A stretch of DNA of 63,450 nucleotides, the filler included, from Reclinomonas americana ATCC 50394 (lineage: Eukaryota): the NCBI GenBank assembly GCA_048213135.1. It is 10 parts of 10 records of this genome, joined end to end, with 100 filler letters (N's around TTAATTAATTAA, not from the genome) between each part and the next. Parts side by side here need not be neighbours in the genome. Positions count along the whole stretch, not along the records: positions 9,549 to 13,551 come from AFZH01016807.1; positions 13,652 to 16,819 come from AFZH01016808.1; positions 16,920 to 18,630 come from AFZH01016813.1; positions 18,731 to 35,336 come from AFZH01016814.1; 6 more parts are not named here. One strand, written 5' to 3'. The position numbers and the translations under genes are program-made. This document shows positions 10,511 to 24,500 of this stretch, in pieces. The notes under the pieces are model-generated. The model was not told the origin of the DNA, searched no databases, and saw nothing but the letters and a program-made list of their open reading frames with translations. The stretch's first letter is position 1; each line of letters begins with the position of its first letter.

Positions 10511-12566
10511 ATAGAGTGCAGAGAGTGCGAGGTGGCGAGAGACAATCGCCGTCAGTGTGTCCGCTTCCATGTTGCGTCATCGCAACTGTCTCACCCCAGA
10601 GTGCGCTCTCTCCACCCTCCCTCTGTCTCTCTCACTCACACCAACGAGCGACTGACACACGCACACGAAGAAAAAAAAACGCGTCTCTTTTTTCTGTTAC
10701 ATTCCAATGACGCAAACAAACAACAAACATCAACACACAACAAAAAAACGACATACAAAGATTATGAGAGACGCGCACCACATACGCGCATCTCTCTCAC
10801 ACACACACAACACGCACACAAAGATAGAGAGAGTGAGGGAAAAAGATTATGTTTTTTCTGCGAGTGTGTGTTTACGTCATACACGTATTCCGCGTTCTTC
10901 ACACAACTGCGACACCGCCTCGCGTTCCACAGGCGTCAACTCGCACCATAATGACGACACGGGTGAGCCGCTTTCGTGACATATTCTCAACAGTGCGCCA
11001 ATCGTCTGTGCACACACACAGAGTCAACACACACACTAACACACTCAACACTGTCTCTCTCATGTCTCTCACCATCCATCTTGTGGGCTGTGCTAATCTG
11101 CACGAGGCAGGCAGGAAGAGCACTGGAGGAGGTGTTGGTTCGTGAAAAGTGTCGTGTGTCGGCTGCATCAAAGCGCTCTCTGTGTTTTTGTGTGAGTGTG
11201 TTGTGCGTCTAACTTTTGAGTTGTTGGCCTTTTGGACGGATTGATTCCCGCGGGGTCACTGGATTTGTGGACAGCGACGAAGGAATCATTCGGGGTCGTG
11301 GTGCGTGGGGACGAGGGTGAGGCGGGGAGGTGGGTGGGGTGGCGTGGGTGGGGAGTGGGAGGTGGTGGTTTTCGTGTGGCGTGGCGTGGTGCGAGGGAGG
11401 GAAGCGCGACATTGTACATTGTCTGAAAATAGCCCTGGCTGGGGGGAAGGGAGGCTTTGGTGGGGTCGCTGGCAGTGCAGAAGGAGGTACTTTTCAGAAG
11501 AAATAAAAGGGGGAAGGAAAATGTTGTGGATTCGCAGAGGTTGCCAGTTGGAATTGCAAATCAATCAAAAGAAATAAAGGGAAGTGTCTTGTCAGACCAA
11601 CTGCAAGGTCAGAGCACCATGCTCCTTGCGATGCTGACAGTGCAGCAGACGAAACGGGGGCTGCTTCGGCATTTACAGGAAAAGGGAATTTGCTGTGTAC
11701 ATTCAGACTTGCCGGCGATACCGGCGCGCAGTTTGTGACCCGTCTGCAGCTACATGTGCACATACAGACACAGGAGAGCAGCTACGTAGTGATATTATAT
11801 TCAAAACATACACATGCGCCAGTCTTGACGGGTTGTCTTGTGCATGTTCGATATCGGAGCTTTGAACAAATGAACTGTCGATGTCATGCACTTGCACAGA
11901 CGCCAACAAACAAGCAACAGCTGTCTTGATGACCAAGTTCAGCCGTATCCAAATCATCAACACAGACACCAATCTTGAGGCAGCAGCAGGTTCCTTGTGT
12001 GTGTGTGTTCGCTCTCGGAGCTCCGAACAAGTCGAGAACTGCGATCTTCACCGCATAAGCGTGGTTGACCAGTGGATTTGACGCACTTGCATAGACGCAT
12101 AGCGTTTTATATTGTTGGTGTGCCAAGGTCATTGTCGGCAAGGGATTTGTGGGCGTTTATCGCATTATTGGAATGTGGTGAATGAAGTGTTTTGTTGTTG
12201 ATGTGGCAGCAGCCACTGACCGGTGGCCGCCAGCGGCCTGCGCCCAGCACCAAATACCTCTGCCCCTGGCTCGGAGAATCATTACCAGACAGCCTCCGAA
12301 GATTTCTTCACTGACTTTTATTCTGTATCGTGTACATTCCCGTTTGGTTTCTCGTCCGCATTTCGAGATATTCACAAAATCAAGCGCATCCATGACACCA
12401 ATCACTGTACCCATCCACCACACACAGCACACAGCAGGGCGCCTGCCTCCAAAAACGCAAAAATCCCCCACGACCCCCACCCAAAAGCGAAAAGATTCAA
12501 GAATAGCATCTTTCGCAACTGCCACATCAAAAATCGTCTATTCACTTTTCCTCTCTCCCTCTCCTT

Positions 12567-13741
12567 TCACCGCCTCACATGCTCGCGCTCCGCATCGGCA
12601 TCCACCACCAGTCGATCCACCGTCTGCTGCAGCTTCTGCATCGCCTTGATCGAGGCCAGCAATGCACGCGCGGAAATGGTTACTGCCGCCACCGGTCCCG
12701 CCGCCGTCGTCACCATGGCAATGGCCGTCGAGGAGCCTGCAGGAGGTGCCGCACTGCTACCGGCACTCGCCAGTGCCGATCCACTGCCGGCAGCATTGGA
12801 GGCGTTGCTGGTGGGTCGGGGGCTGTGTGAGAATCGGAGATGTGAGTGAGAGGGAGATCTAGACACAGAGTTGTGGACAAGGCGAGTTGGTGGACAGCCA
12901 AGTACCTGCGGCCCTCCTGCACGCGCGAGTAGTACTCCAGGTTGCGGGTGAGTGTCTGTGGGCGACGAGGACAAGCGGAATGAGTGGGGGAGATAGGAGC
13001 AAGGGAGGAGAGGGGAGAGGGAAAGGAAAGAGGCAGGGAGAGAAGAAAGAAAACAACGGATGAGAGAGGCAAAGTTGGAAGGAACTCAGCTGGATGAAGG
13101 GAACTGGCTTGGGGGCATGGAGGGAGAGAGAAAACAGAGAGAGAGAGAGAAAGAAAGCCATGGGAAGGAGGAAGGTGGTGGAGAAGACGGCGAGGACGGG
13201 AAGAGTGGAGCGGGGGAGGGAGGTAGGGGGAAAAGCAATCAAGCAAGCAAGCATGCAAGCAAGCAAGCATGCAAGCAAGCAAGCGTGCAAACAAGCGAGA
13301 AAACAAGAGAGAAAGAGAGAAAGACAGAAAGAAAGAAAGAAAGAATGAAAGAAAGAAAGAATGAAAGAAAGCAAGCAATGTATGAGAGGGGGAGTGGAGT
13401 GGCCTGTGGGAGAGGAAGAGACGAAGAAGACGAAAAGACAGAAGAGAGAGAGAGAGAGAGAGAGAGAGGAGGAGGAGGACGGAAGAAAGAAGAGAAAGAA
13501 CGCTGCTGACGACGAAGGCGATGTACGGTACAGACAGACAATACGCGACTANNNNNNNNNNNNNNNNNNNNNNNNNNNNNNNNNNNNNNNNNNNNTTAAT
13601 TAATTAANNNNNNNNNNNNNNNNNNNNNNNNNNNNNNNNNNNNNNNNNNNNTAGTCTGCATGTTGTCGAAGTTAGTGTTCCTTTCCGTTCTTCGTCTTCG
13701 TCTCTTTCGTCTCCTCCTTCGTCCGTCTACTCTCCTCTCTT

Positions 13742-13780
<39 letters not shown>

Positions 13781-15325
13781 CTCTCTCTCTCTCTCGTCTC
13801 TCTCTCTCTCTCTCTCTCCCTCTCTCCGTCCTTCATCCCGCTCACCTCGCAACGGCTCGTTCTCCATATCCCGCACATACTTGCACTGTCGATCGTTCGT
13901 GGCCGCCATGACCAGCTGGAGACAGGCACGCTCCAACGCCACATCTACGCAGACAGGGTGAGGAAGAAAGACAAGACAGAGAATGATGGAGAGAGAGAGA
14001 CAGTGGAAGAAATAGAGACAAAGAGGCAGAAACGTGCGAGATGGAGACAAACACAGAGACAGAGAAACTTGCGGAGATAGAGTCAGACACATTCGCAGTC
14101 ACTGTCTTCGGCCTTCAGTCTCGCGCTATCCTTTCCATCCCACACACGTACCAAACACCGACACTCGCGGCACACCCGACATTGGCGAAAAGGTCAGCGC
14201 CTCTGTCAGCTCCCACGGACACACGTGCTGCATTCGACCGTCTTCGTCGTCCCTGCACCACACTTCGGTGAGCATCAAAGGAGAAATGATGAATGGCACA
14301 AGCAACACGAACCATTGCACAGACACACAGTCCCACAGTCGCCGCGGCAGTTGCTGGTCCAGCAAGTGGCCGACAATATGCCGACGCACGTGATGCACCT
14401 GCACTGCGTCTCCGTGCTGTCGGGCGAGCGTCCACTCGACCTGCGCGTGAATGGGGGAATGAGGAAAGGCGAATCACGCCAATTCATTCCCTTGCCCTCG
14501 CAACTCCCGAAGTGACATCGAGATGAGACGACAAGACACTCGCCCTTGGAGAGAATCAAAGAACGATCACCCAAGTCCCCTTCTCCACTCACTCTGCACC
14601 CTCCTTCTCCTTCCCCTCCCTCTTCCCTTTCCCCCTCCCTTCCGCCTTTTCCCACCACGCACCACCCGATGAAACATATCCAGTGGCAACAAGAACGGCG
14701 CCGACGCCGACTGCGGCCGAATCATGACCGTAAAAGCCGGCGGCACGCACACAGCCGACACAACTGCCCGCATCAAGAGAAGCACAAGTGAGCACACAGC
14801 ACCAGCAAATCCGCACCACCACCACCACCACGCACCTGTATCATCGCCCGGCACTGTCCACGGCACCGACATGTACCGGTCAATGTGCGGCGTCGAGTGC
14901 GCCAGCGACGAGGGCGAGCGAGCCATGAGCTGCACCACGGCAACGATCTCGCCAGTGTTGCGGCAGCGGTCGTACCACACGCCTTTTTATACACAAGGGA
15001 TGATGAGCACGAGACAAGAGGCGAGCTCGGCGAGAAAACGCAACTGTCGACACGATACGGTGCGGCGTCGCAGAGGCACTCTGCGGAGAGATAATGAGTC
15101 AGCGCTCTCAGCAGCCTTATTCATTTCAGTGACCACAGCAACTGTTTCCTCTTGTGAACCCTATCTTTTCCCTCCAACGACATAGACTTATCTACCCAGG
15201 AGCACACCATCCAACTCTCGCAACCAAGCTGTCACTCACTTTCTCCTCTTCAAAAGCAGGGCGTTACTGAGTTGCGGCACTGACACTGGCGATGCTACCC
15301 TTGTCCCCTTTCCGTCTCTACGGTC

Positions 15326-15358
<33 letters not shown>

Positions 15359-16735
15359 ACACACACACTCTGCCTCCATTTAGCCCACCCCCTTCTTCCC
15401 ATCTCTCTCTCACTCACCCCCTCCCTCTCTCTGTCTCTCCACGTCCCACTCTCCCTCTCCCCGTCTCCCTTCCCGTTTCTTTCCCCCTTCCCCTTCCCTT
15501 TTCCTCTCCCTTTCCTCACCCCTTGCCCCCACATCCAACATCTCCCACGGGGGCGTCAGCGACCTTCCCCTCGTCAACGCCAACGGATGCTGCTCCAGCG
15601 CCTCGCCATGCTGCTGCACCATGCGCCAGTGCGCACCGGGCACATACATGACCACGTCGCCGCGCTGCGCCACGCGAAGTGTGAGCCACAAGGTAAGGGA
15701 AGAGAAAAGGCCCTTTCCATAAATCACCTGCGGCACATACAACAACAGGCTCGGCGCCTTGCTCAAGTACCACGGCGGCGGGTTGCCGGAGCCAGCAGGC
15801 GGCGTCATCACGGCGTCCGTCGGCGACCCCAACGACATTGCCAAAGCCGGCAACTCCACGGCGGCATTCGGTGACACCACCGGCAGCGGGCTGACACTCG
15901 ACGTTGGCGTGGCGGGACGCTCGCGCTTCACACCCGCTGCACTTCCACCGGATTTGCGACGCCACCGAGCACCACCGCCGTTGGCCGCGCGTGCCGAGGA
16001 GGTGGGTGTTGCTGCGAGATAGAGGTCAGGGAAATGGAGAGACGAGAAGGCATTTATGGTGAGACGCTCACCCGCCGCGGCGGAAGCCACAGGCGTCGAT
16101 GCTTGCCTGCCGGTGGTTGGGGTGCGCCCTTGGCCCTCGTCCTCATCCTCGTCACTGGAGAGCGGCTCTGATACGTCAATCATGGACACCTCACGACTCC
16201 TGCAGCGCGGATGAGAAAAGGAGAGGGATTAAGGGAGGAGGGCGGGCATCGCACCTTTGCGGCACAGAGACGCGTTGCAATTGTGCCTCGTAGGCGGCCA
16301 GCTGCACGCGCGGTCCATCCCACATGGTCACTGCGCGGTGGTCAGATGGCAGAAAGAGATCCAGAAAGGGGAGGTGGACGCAACAATCATCGCCCCATGG
16401 CTGCTGCGTGTATGCCGCGCCGGCAGCGTTGAGAAGAGGGCCTTGTCGCACTTCACTCAGAGGGAGCTGCGAGGAAAGGCAAGAAAGGGGCAATAGGGTG
16501 AGAGCACAGTACATTTGAACTTAAACCGCAACACACGACGTCTCTCCTTCAACAAATCGAGGATGAAACTCGGGTGGAGTCCTCTCTCTCTATCTCTCTC
16601 TCTCTCTCTCTCCTATCTCTCTCTGCGTCCCCTCTCACAGATACGACAGCTCGCGTCGTTATTTTCTCTCCCTCTCATTTTTCTCACAGCCATGAAGTCG
16701 TCTCTCTCACAGTTTGTCGAGTACGATTCTCTCTC

Positions 16736-16768
<33 letters not shown>

Positions 16769-17522
16769 TGCCATCTCTATTCTTCTTTCTCCTCCTCCTC
16801 CTCTCTCTCTGCGCCCCCTNNNNNNNNNNNNNNNNNNNNNNNNNNNNNNNNNNNNNNNNNNNNTTAATTAATTAANNNNNNNNNNNNNNNNNNNNNNNNN
16901 NNNNNNNNNNNNNNNNNNNTTCGCTGTCGCGTGCTTGCTCACTCGCTGTCGCGTGCTTGCTCATTCGCTGTCGCGTGCTTGCTCACTCGCTGTCGCGTGC
17001 TTGCTCACTCGCTTTCGCGTGCTTGCTCACTCTCCCTCTTCGTCTCCCTTCTCGCTCCTCCTCTAACAGAATCCATCATGGAAACGCAACAGCCCAGTGA
17101 CGACAAACGACCCACAGGAGGTGAACTTGACAAAGTTGACGCCGAAAAGCAGCTGAAAGGCGTGCAACTGCAGAGAAAAATAGTGAGCGAGTGGCTGGTA
17201 AGGGAATCAGCATGTCAAGCTCACCGGTCGCGCCTCATGTGCCGACGTGTCGTACACGCGCAGCAGGCCAGTGGTCATCGAGGCCAGCAGCACGACTTGC
17301 TCGCGGACGGGGTGGATGCAGATGCACAGTCCTGCGAAGTGAGGAAAAGGGAGACTGAGTGAGTGAGTGTGTGTGTGTGGGTGAGAGAGAGAGAGAGTGG
17401 TAGACAACAGGAGAAGGAAAATGAGAATGAGAGAAAAAGAGAGGAAGAGAGAACGAGAGAAAAAGAGAGGAAGAGAGAACGAGAGAAAGGGAGCAGAAGA
17501 GAAACAGAAGTAGAGTGTGACG

Positions 17523-17554
<32 letters not shown>

Positions 17555-19677
17555 AAGAGAGAGGAAGAGAACGAGAGACAGTTAATGAGAGAGGAAGACA
17601 GAACGAGAGAAAGAGAGAGAGAGAGAATGAGAGAAGAAGAGAAAGAGAGAGAGAGAGAATGAGAGAGGAAGACAGAAAGAGAGAGAGAGGAGGGGGGAAG
17701 AGAGAAAGAGAGAGGCAGAGAAACAGGAGGAGAGAGTGAGGGAGAGGAACAGAGAAGGTAGGACAACAGATGCAAGAGAAAGTTAGCATCGGCGAAGGCG
17801 GTCGTGAAGAGGCAAACAACGAACAGGGGGAGTGTGAAATGAAAGAATGAAGGAGACAGGGTGGAACGCAAGAGATTATGGATTCAAGAAGAGAGAGATT
17901 GAAAACTAAAGAAGGATGAAAGAAAGCATGGAGAAAGAAAGAAAGAGAGAGAGAGCAAAGAAACTCGGACGAAGAAGACAAACGCGGAGAAGGACGTAAG
18001 AAACAAGGAGAGCAAAAGAAAAAAGAAATCGAAAGTAAGATACCAAGAAGATGATGAATAAAAGAAAGAAAAGAGAAGACAAATGAAAGAGAGAAAGAAA
18101 GAAAGAATGAATGAGGGAGGCAGGGAGAGAGAGGGAGATTAAGAGGGGGAAGGGAAAGGGAGAGAGGATGGGAGAGGGAAAGGGAGAGAGGGAGAGGGAG
18201 GCAGGGTGAGGGAAGGAGACTCAACGTCAGCTTGTAGTACTCCTCCTTCAAAAGAGGAAAGAGAGCAAGGAAACTCGGACGAAGAAAACAAACGCGGAGA
18301 AGGACGTAAGAAACAAGGAGAGTGAAAGAAATAAGGAGAATGCCAGAGAGATACCAAGAAGACGATGAATGAAAGAAAGAAAAGAAAAGTCAAATAAAAA
18401 AAAGAGAGAGAGAGAGAGCGTGAACAAGGAAGCTTGAACGAAGAAGACAAACGTGTAGAAGGACGTAAGAAACAAGGAAAGCGAAAGCAAACAAGAAGAT
18501 CGCAAGGATACCAAGAAGAAAAAGAAAAGAAAAAATGAAAGGGAGAGAGAGAGAAAGAAAGAAAGAAAAAGAAAGAAAATAAGAAAAAAAGAGAACACGA
18601 TACTCCCGTTCCTACCCTCCCTCTCCATATNNNNNNNNNNNNNNNNNNNNNNNNNNNNNNNNNNNNNNNNNNNNTTAATTAATTAANNNNNNNNNNNNNN
18701 NNNNNNNNNNNNNNNNNNNNNNNNNNNNNNGGGGGGAGGGGGTGGTGGTGGTGGTGGGGGTGGTGGAGCGGGAGCGGATGTAGGAGACTGCGTGGGAAGG
18801 GAAAGGGGGAAGAGTGAGGGAAGGGGGAAGAAGGGGGAATGTGGGGGAAGGGGGAAAGGGGGAAGCCGGAAGAATAGGCCAAGGATGCCTCGTCGTCTTT
18901 CTTTCTCTCTCCCTCTCTCTGTTTCTTTGCCCCCTTCAAACGCACCCCAACTCCTGTTCGCCGATGGCATCGACAATCGGCGCGGGTGAACCAACGAGTG
19001 CACCGGCAGCAGCAGGAGGGAGGAGGGCGCCACTGTGCCCAGCTTCTCCGCACGATCGCGCTCCACTTCCGTCAAGCGGGCGAGAAGACGCGGGAGGAGG
19101 TGATGGATGCGGTCGCCGTGTCGATGCACCTGGAGGGCAAGAGAACGATGAGCGACATGCAACGAATTTATCCACCCACGTCTCACGCCGCAAGGCGGAG
19201 AAAGAGAGAGAGAGAGAGTGAATCAGGCATGCATGCAGAGAGTTCCTCAAAGACAGTTGAAAAGACGCTTCCCTGCTCAAGTTACAATTCAGGGAGACAA
19301 CTGCATGCAGACAAGCGAACTCACGAACGGATTGCGACCGTGCAACGACACACATTGTGCGCTTCTCCATTGACGCAGAAAAAAGAGAGCACATGCAAAG
19401 ACAGGAATGTGGAAGTGCGTCGCTCTTTGATCACGCGTCTAGTTACATCTCTCTCTCTCTCTCATTCTCTCTCTCTTTCGAAGCGTTTTGTCGCGTCCAA
19501 GCTGATACATCGCCCGCACTGTCGGTGTCACGCAAGCTCTCTCTATGTGTGCGTCTCTCTCGCTTCTCCTTTCCTTCCCTCGTCCTCCCACCACCATCTC
19601 CACCTCACAAACGTATCAATTGACGCTCCTCTAATCTCCACATCGTCCTCTTCTCGTCAGAGGCAGAGGCAGACAGT

Positions 19678-19726
<49 letters not shown>

Positions 19727-20151
19727 GTGTGTGTGTGTCACACACACACACAATGTCTTAGTCGCTCTTGCGCACTCCCATTCATCACACTCTCACGGAA
19801 GCATTCCGTCGCGTCCAACCTGATACATCGCCCACACTGTCTTTGTCGCGTGCAAACTCTGTGTGCATCGCTCTCTTTCTCTCTCTCTCCCTCTTATATG
19901 CACACTCATAGCACTCGCTGCACACGCACACGCACACACTGTCCCTCACTCCTTCTCCTCTTCACCCTCTATATCCTCACCAACGAATCAAATGACGCTC
20001 CTCTATTCCCCACATCCTCCTCTTCCCCTCAAAGGCAGAGGCAGACGGTGCTCTCTCTCTCTCTCTCATGCACACTCTTCCCCTTCTCCTCTTCTCCCCT
20101 TCTAATACCATCCCCACGTCCTCTCTCTCCCCACCAAGGTCAAGGTCAAGG

Positions 20152-20184
<33 letters not shown>

Positions 20185-20720
20185 TCTCTCTCTCTCACTC
20201 ACTCACTCTCTCTCATCTGCCTCCCGCCCTCTCTTGCACACACACCAACGCACACTCATTCTCTCTCTCTCTCACACACACAAACCCACTCTCTCTCTCA
20301 CACACACACACACACCACACTTCTCCCACTCCTCTCCCTTTATCCTCCCCTTATCCTCCCCATATCCTCCCCTTATCCTCCCCCTATCCTCCCTTCCCCT
20401 ACACTCACCAACGACTCAAACGACGCCCCACTCATCCCTTCCTCTTCCCCTCCTCCTCCTCCTCCTCCTCCTTGCGCAAACACCAGCGGAGGCCGTCTGC
20501 GCACTCGCGGCAGCGCATCCTTCTCGTGCGCTTCTCGTTGCGCAACCTGCGCAGCCTCAGAGAGCCCTGCACTGCGCAACCATGCAACACACAAGAGAGT
20601 GACCTCTGCAGAGAGAAAGAGAGTGAGAATGTCATTGTCATTATTGTTGTCAAAAGTGCATGTTGCTCAACCTCGACGCTGCTCGTCGGAGAGAGTGGCG
20701 GGGAGAGGTTTGTTGCTCAT
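12567..20720 (-). CDS. BRWD/PHIP-like (bromodomain and WD repeat family) multi-exon gene, incomplete because of gaps
   Basis: The spliced N-terminus MSNKPLPATLSDEQRR/EVTLLCVAWLRSAGLSEAAQVAQREAHEKDALPR resembles the PHIP N-terminus. WD-like exons at about 17080-17330 (CIHPVREQVVLLAS..LLRVYD). Tudor-like motifs YVPQ/RGDVVMYVPGAH..PPWE (about 15540-15780) and LWDCVSVQW..MQHVCPWEL (about 14200-14350). The 3' end is tentative. Confidence 0.65.
16921..17030. repeat. 22-bp minisatellite x5 (intronic)
   Basis: tcgctgtcgcgtgcttgctcac repeated head to tail. Confidence 0.9.
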
Positions 20721-21167
20721 GTGCGTGTCTCTCTCACGCACACACAACACACAAGCGCGCGAAAGGAATTCCGCGCTCCGAGATTGCGCGCGAAAAATTG
20801 TGTGGGACAATGTGTGTGGCGGACAACGGCGAAGTTGAAGTGTTTGCCGTGCGCAGTGCATTGTGTTTGATGCACAATGAGTTTCCTAGCTCTAGACCCG
20901 TCACCCGCGCGCGTGGAATCGCAGTTTCTCGACCCTTGACCCTTGACCCTTTACCCTTTGTAGGACAAGGCGCGCAGATCAGCTTTATCCAGCCGCCTGG
21001 TAGCTCGCGTCCTTTTTTTGCTCTGTTCACATTACATTTCAGCAACGTGACAAGCGTCCGTACGACCGCTGTGCAAAGGTTTTTTTGTGTGCCAAGGTCA
21101 TTGTCGGCGATCATCGCATTATACAGGAATGTGGTGAATAAAGTGTTTGATTTGTTGTATAGCACCA

Positions 21168-21453
21168 GACACCGACCTTTCTCTCACACACACTCTCTTA
21201 CTGTTTCACGCATGCAGGCCGATGAAGAGGACGCTGTGCATGAGGAAGACGAGGCGATGGAGGAGGACGAAGAGGTGCAGACCACACTCAGCGGCACCCT
21301 TCGCCCCTACGACACCGACCTTTCTCTCACACACACTCTCTTACTATTTCACGCATGCAGGCCGATGAAGAGGACGCTGTGCATCAGGGAGACGAGGCGA
21401 TGGAGGAGGACGAAGAGGTGCAGACCACACTCAGCGGCACCCTTCGCCCCTAC
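21168..21453 (+). repeat. 143-bp tandem duplication with an acceptor site and acidic exon-like fragment
   Basis: gacaccgacctttctctcacac at 21168 and 21311; catgcag|GCC GAT GAA GAG reads ADEEDAVH.EDEAMEEDEEVQTTLSGTLRPY in both copies. Confidence 0.9.
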
Positions 21454-21515
21454 CCTACCCTTCACCCTTATTATCCTTTCCCCCCTCTTCCCTTCAGTCC
21501 TCCTCTCTCCTTTAC

Positions 21516-24500
21516 TCAGGAGGCGCACATCAGACTTGCAAACCCTCGCAAACGCGCACGCGGTCGCAACTTCACCCCCCGCACATCGGTAAAATCGCAC
21601 TCTACGGTGCCGAGGATGCGCTCCACCAACCCACGAGTGCCTCGCCGCACCAGATGGATGGAGCTCCCGGCCACACGGGCAGTGTAGGCGGCGCCAAACG
21701 CCAATAGCCCAAAAGCAGTCACGCGATCCACCGCCGGGTCCACGAGATCCGCCTGCTCGTCAAGCGGCACTGGTTCTCCACTCGCCAGTGACCACACTCG
21801 CACGGAGTTGTTCTCACCTCCACTCACAACGTGCCGGCCGTCGGGAGTGATGGCGAGAGACCGCACCGCGCCATCGTTTTCCGCCAGCACTCTCACCTCC
21901 TCACCGCTGACGAGTGACCACACCCGCACTGTCTCGTCCTCGTCACTGCCACTCACAATGTGCTGACCGTCGGGAGTGACTGCAAGATATCGCACCTCAT
22001 CAATGTGCCCCTCCAACTGCCACACCTCCTCACCACTGGCCACAGACCACACTCGCACTGTGTCGGCATCGCTTCCGCTCACAATGAACTGGCCGTCGGG
22101 AGTGATGGTAAGAGACCGCACCGCAGCAGTGTGTCCCTCTAACCGTCGCACCTCCTCTCCACTCGCCACAGACCACACATGCACAATTCCATACCATTCT
22201 CCACTCACAACGAACAGCCCGTCGGGAGTGATGGCGACAGAGAGCACAAACGAATCGTGAACAAACCGTCGCACCTCCTCTCCTCGCGACAGTGACCACA
22301 CCCGCACAGTCTCATCAAGACTCCCAGTCACAACAAGCTGACCATCAGCAGAGATAATGACTGGCTTCACACGTTCATCGTGACCCTCCAACCGTCGAAT
22401 TTCATTCCCATTCGCCACAGACAACACACGCACCGGTCCGTCTCTACTGCCACACACAAGAGATTGGCCGTCAGCTGAAAAAGCGAACGAAGCGGGTGAC
22501 TTTGGCTGTCTCTCCAGCATCCACAGCTCCTCACCAGTTGTCGCGGACCACACTCGCAGTGTCTTGTCATCGCTGCCACTCACAACATGCTGATCGTCGC
22601 GAGTGAGCGCAACGTAACGCACAGTGTCGGTGTGTCCCTTGAATCGCCGCACCCCGTCTCCATTCACCAGCGACCACACACGCACTGTCCCGTCAGCACT
22701 GCCGCTCACAACGCACTGACCGTCGGGAGTAATGGCGACGGAGAGAACATCCCACACGTGTCCATACAACCGCCGAACTTCCTCACCAGTCGCCAGTGAC
22801 CACACTCTTACGGTGCAGTCCGCGCTCCCACTCGCGACGCACTGCCCATCGGGAGCGACAACGACACAGTTCACTGATCCAGTGTGGCCTTCCAATCGGC
22901 GCACTTCATCCCCACTCACCACGGACCACACACGCAGCGTACAGTCGCCGCCCCCACTCACAATATGCTGACCATCGGGAGTAACGGCAAATGTGCGCAC
23001 TGCACCGGTGTGCCCTCGAAACAGACGCACTTCTTCGCCACTCGCCGACGACAGCAGTCGCACAAAGCTATCCTCACCGCCAGTCACAATGTGCTGGCCA
23101 TCTGGCATTGTGAAGGGAGGTGGCATGTCAACGGCGTAATCCTCCAAACGTCTTACCTCTTCTCCACTCGCCAGTGACCACACGCGTGCGGTCAGGTCCT
23201 TACTCGTACTCACAACGTGCTCACCATCTGGAATGATGGCAACGGAAAAGACAGAGCCAGTGTGACCCACCATTCGCTGAACTTCCTCTCCACTCACGAG
23301 TGACCACACTCTCACTGTCATATCTCCACTCCCGCTCACAATGTGCTGACCATCGGTAGTGACAGCAACAGAATTCACCCATCCAGCATGGCCTACAATC
23401 GGCTCCCTCGGCCACTTCACACCGGTCACATCAGCATCCGTAAAGTCTGCCTCCTTCGCGTACGCCACGCACACATTCACCCCTCGCAAATCCGCTCCCC
23501 TCCACACTGTCCTGTGCATAACCACATCCCTCAAATCCGCACCCCTCACTCGCACACCAGACAGATCCCGCCCACTGAACGACACTTGTGCCACACACAA
23601 CACCGTCGCTGCATTCGCGGCGGCCGTCACCACTCGCCGAGTATCGACTTCTCTCGACAGCTCAATCACCTCCCACAGCCTCGCCTGCAATCGAGGAGAC
23701 CGTCGCACCACCTCGGCCATCTGCTCCACCAACGACGGTCTGTCGTTCAGCAGTCGCACAGCCAACACATGCTGCTGCACATCCTGCACCGTCAACCTCC
23801 TCTCCTCGTCCCAGGTCTCCCACGCAAACACATGGCGTGCCACACAATGCTCCAGCAACGACAGATGTACGAATCCCCACTGCGTCGTTCCATACCGTCC
23901 CACAATCGGACAACACACTCGCACATGCTGATTCTTCTCGCCCAGGAACTTGTCAAACGGCCCCTCCTCTACTCGTCGCAAGGCGAGTGGCGCACCACCA
24001 AAGTCATCCTCCACTGACCGACTCTCCGACACAGACACACGCACCACATTCCTCTCATGCATCAATCGTGCCAGTCCCTCACAGAACGAGAGACACGTCT
24101 CCTCAGTCGGCACACGCTCCGCACCGAGACGCGTCTGCCTCTCCTGCTCCCTCACGATCCACTGTCGAATGAATCGGTCAAATACATCACACCGAGTCGG
24201 TCGCTGCACACCACTCGCCACCAACTGCGGCAACACTCGAGCGACCACAGCCAACAGGAACGGATTTGACACCAGTGCGTCCAATCCGTGCACACTCTTC
24301 AGTGCACGAATGTACTCCTCGGCAGTCGACCATCGCACTTCACCATCACAATCATCACCACCCACTTGCACCAGTCGCTCAAAGTACTCCTCAATTTGCT
24401 CCTTGCTGAATGGTGCAATGTGTCGCTCCATCAGCTGCTGCATGCACAGCTGTCCGCGTGCATCCACCGGCGCAAAGTACTTTCGGCACTCCCTGGCTCC

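Noticed and set aside
10865..11160. Possible small two-exon minus-strand gene (..TIGALLRICHESG..EERGIRV*)
   Set aside because: Frame and start are ambiguous and no homology is recognisable.
18986..20602. 538-aa + strand ORF and similar SL/ER/HT-rich ORFs
   Set aside because: Microsatellite read-through in introns of the minus-strand BRWD-like gene.
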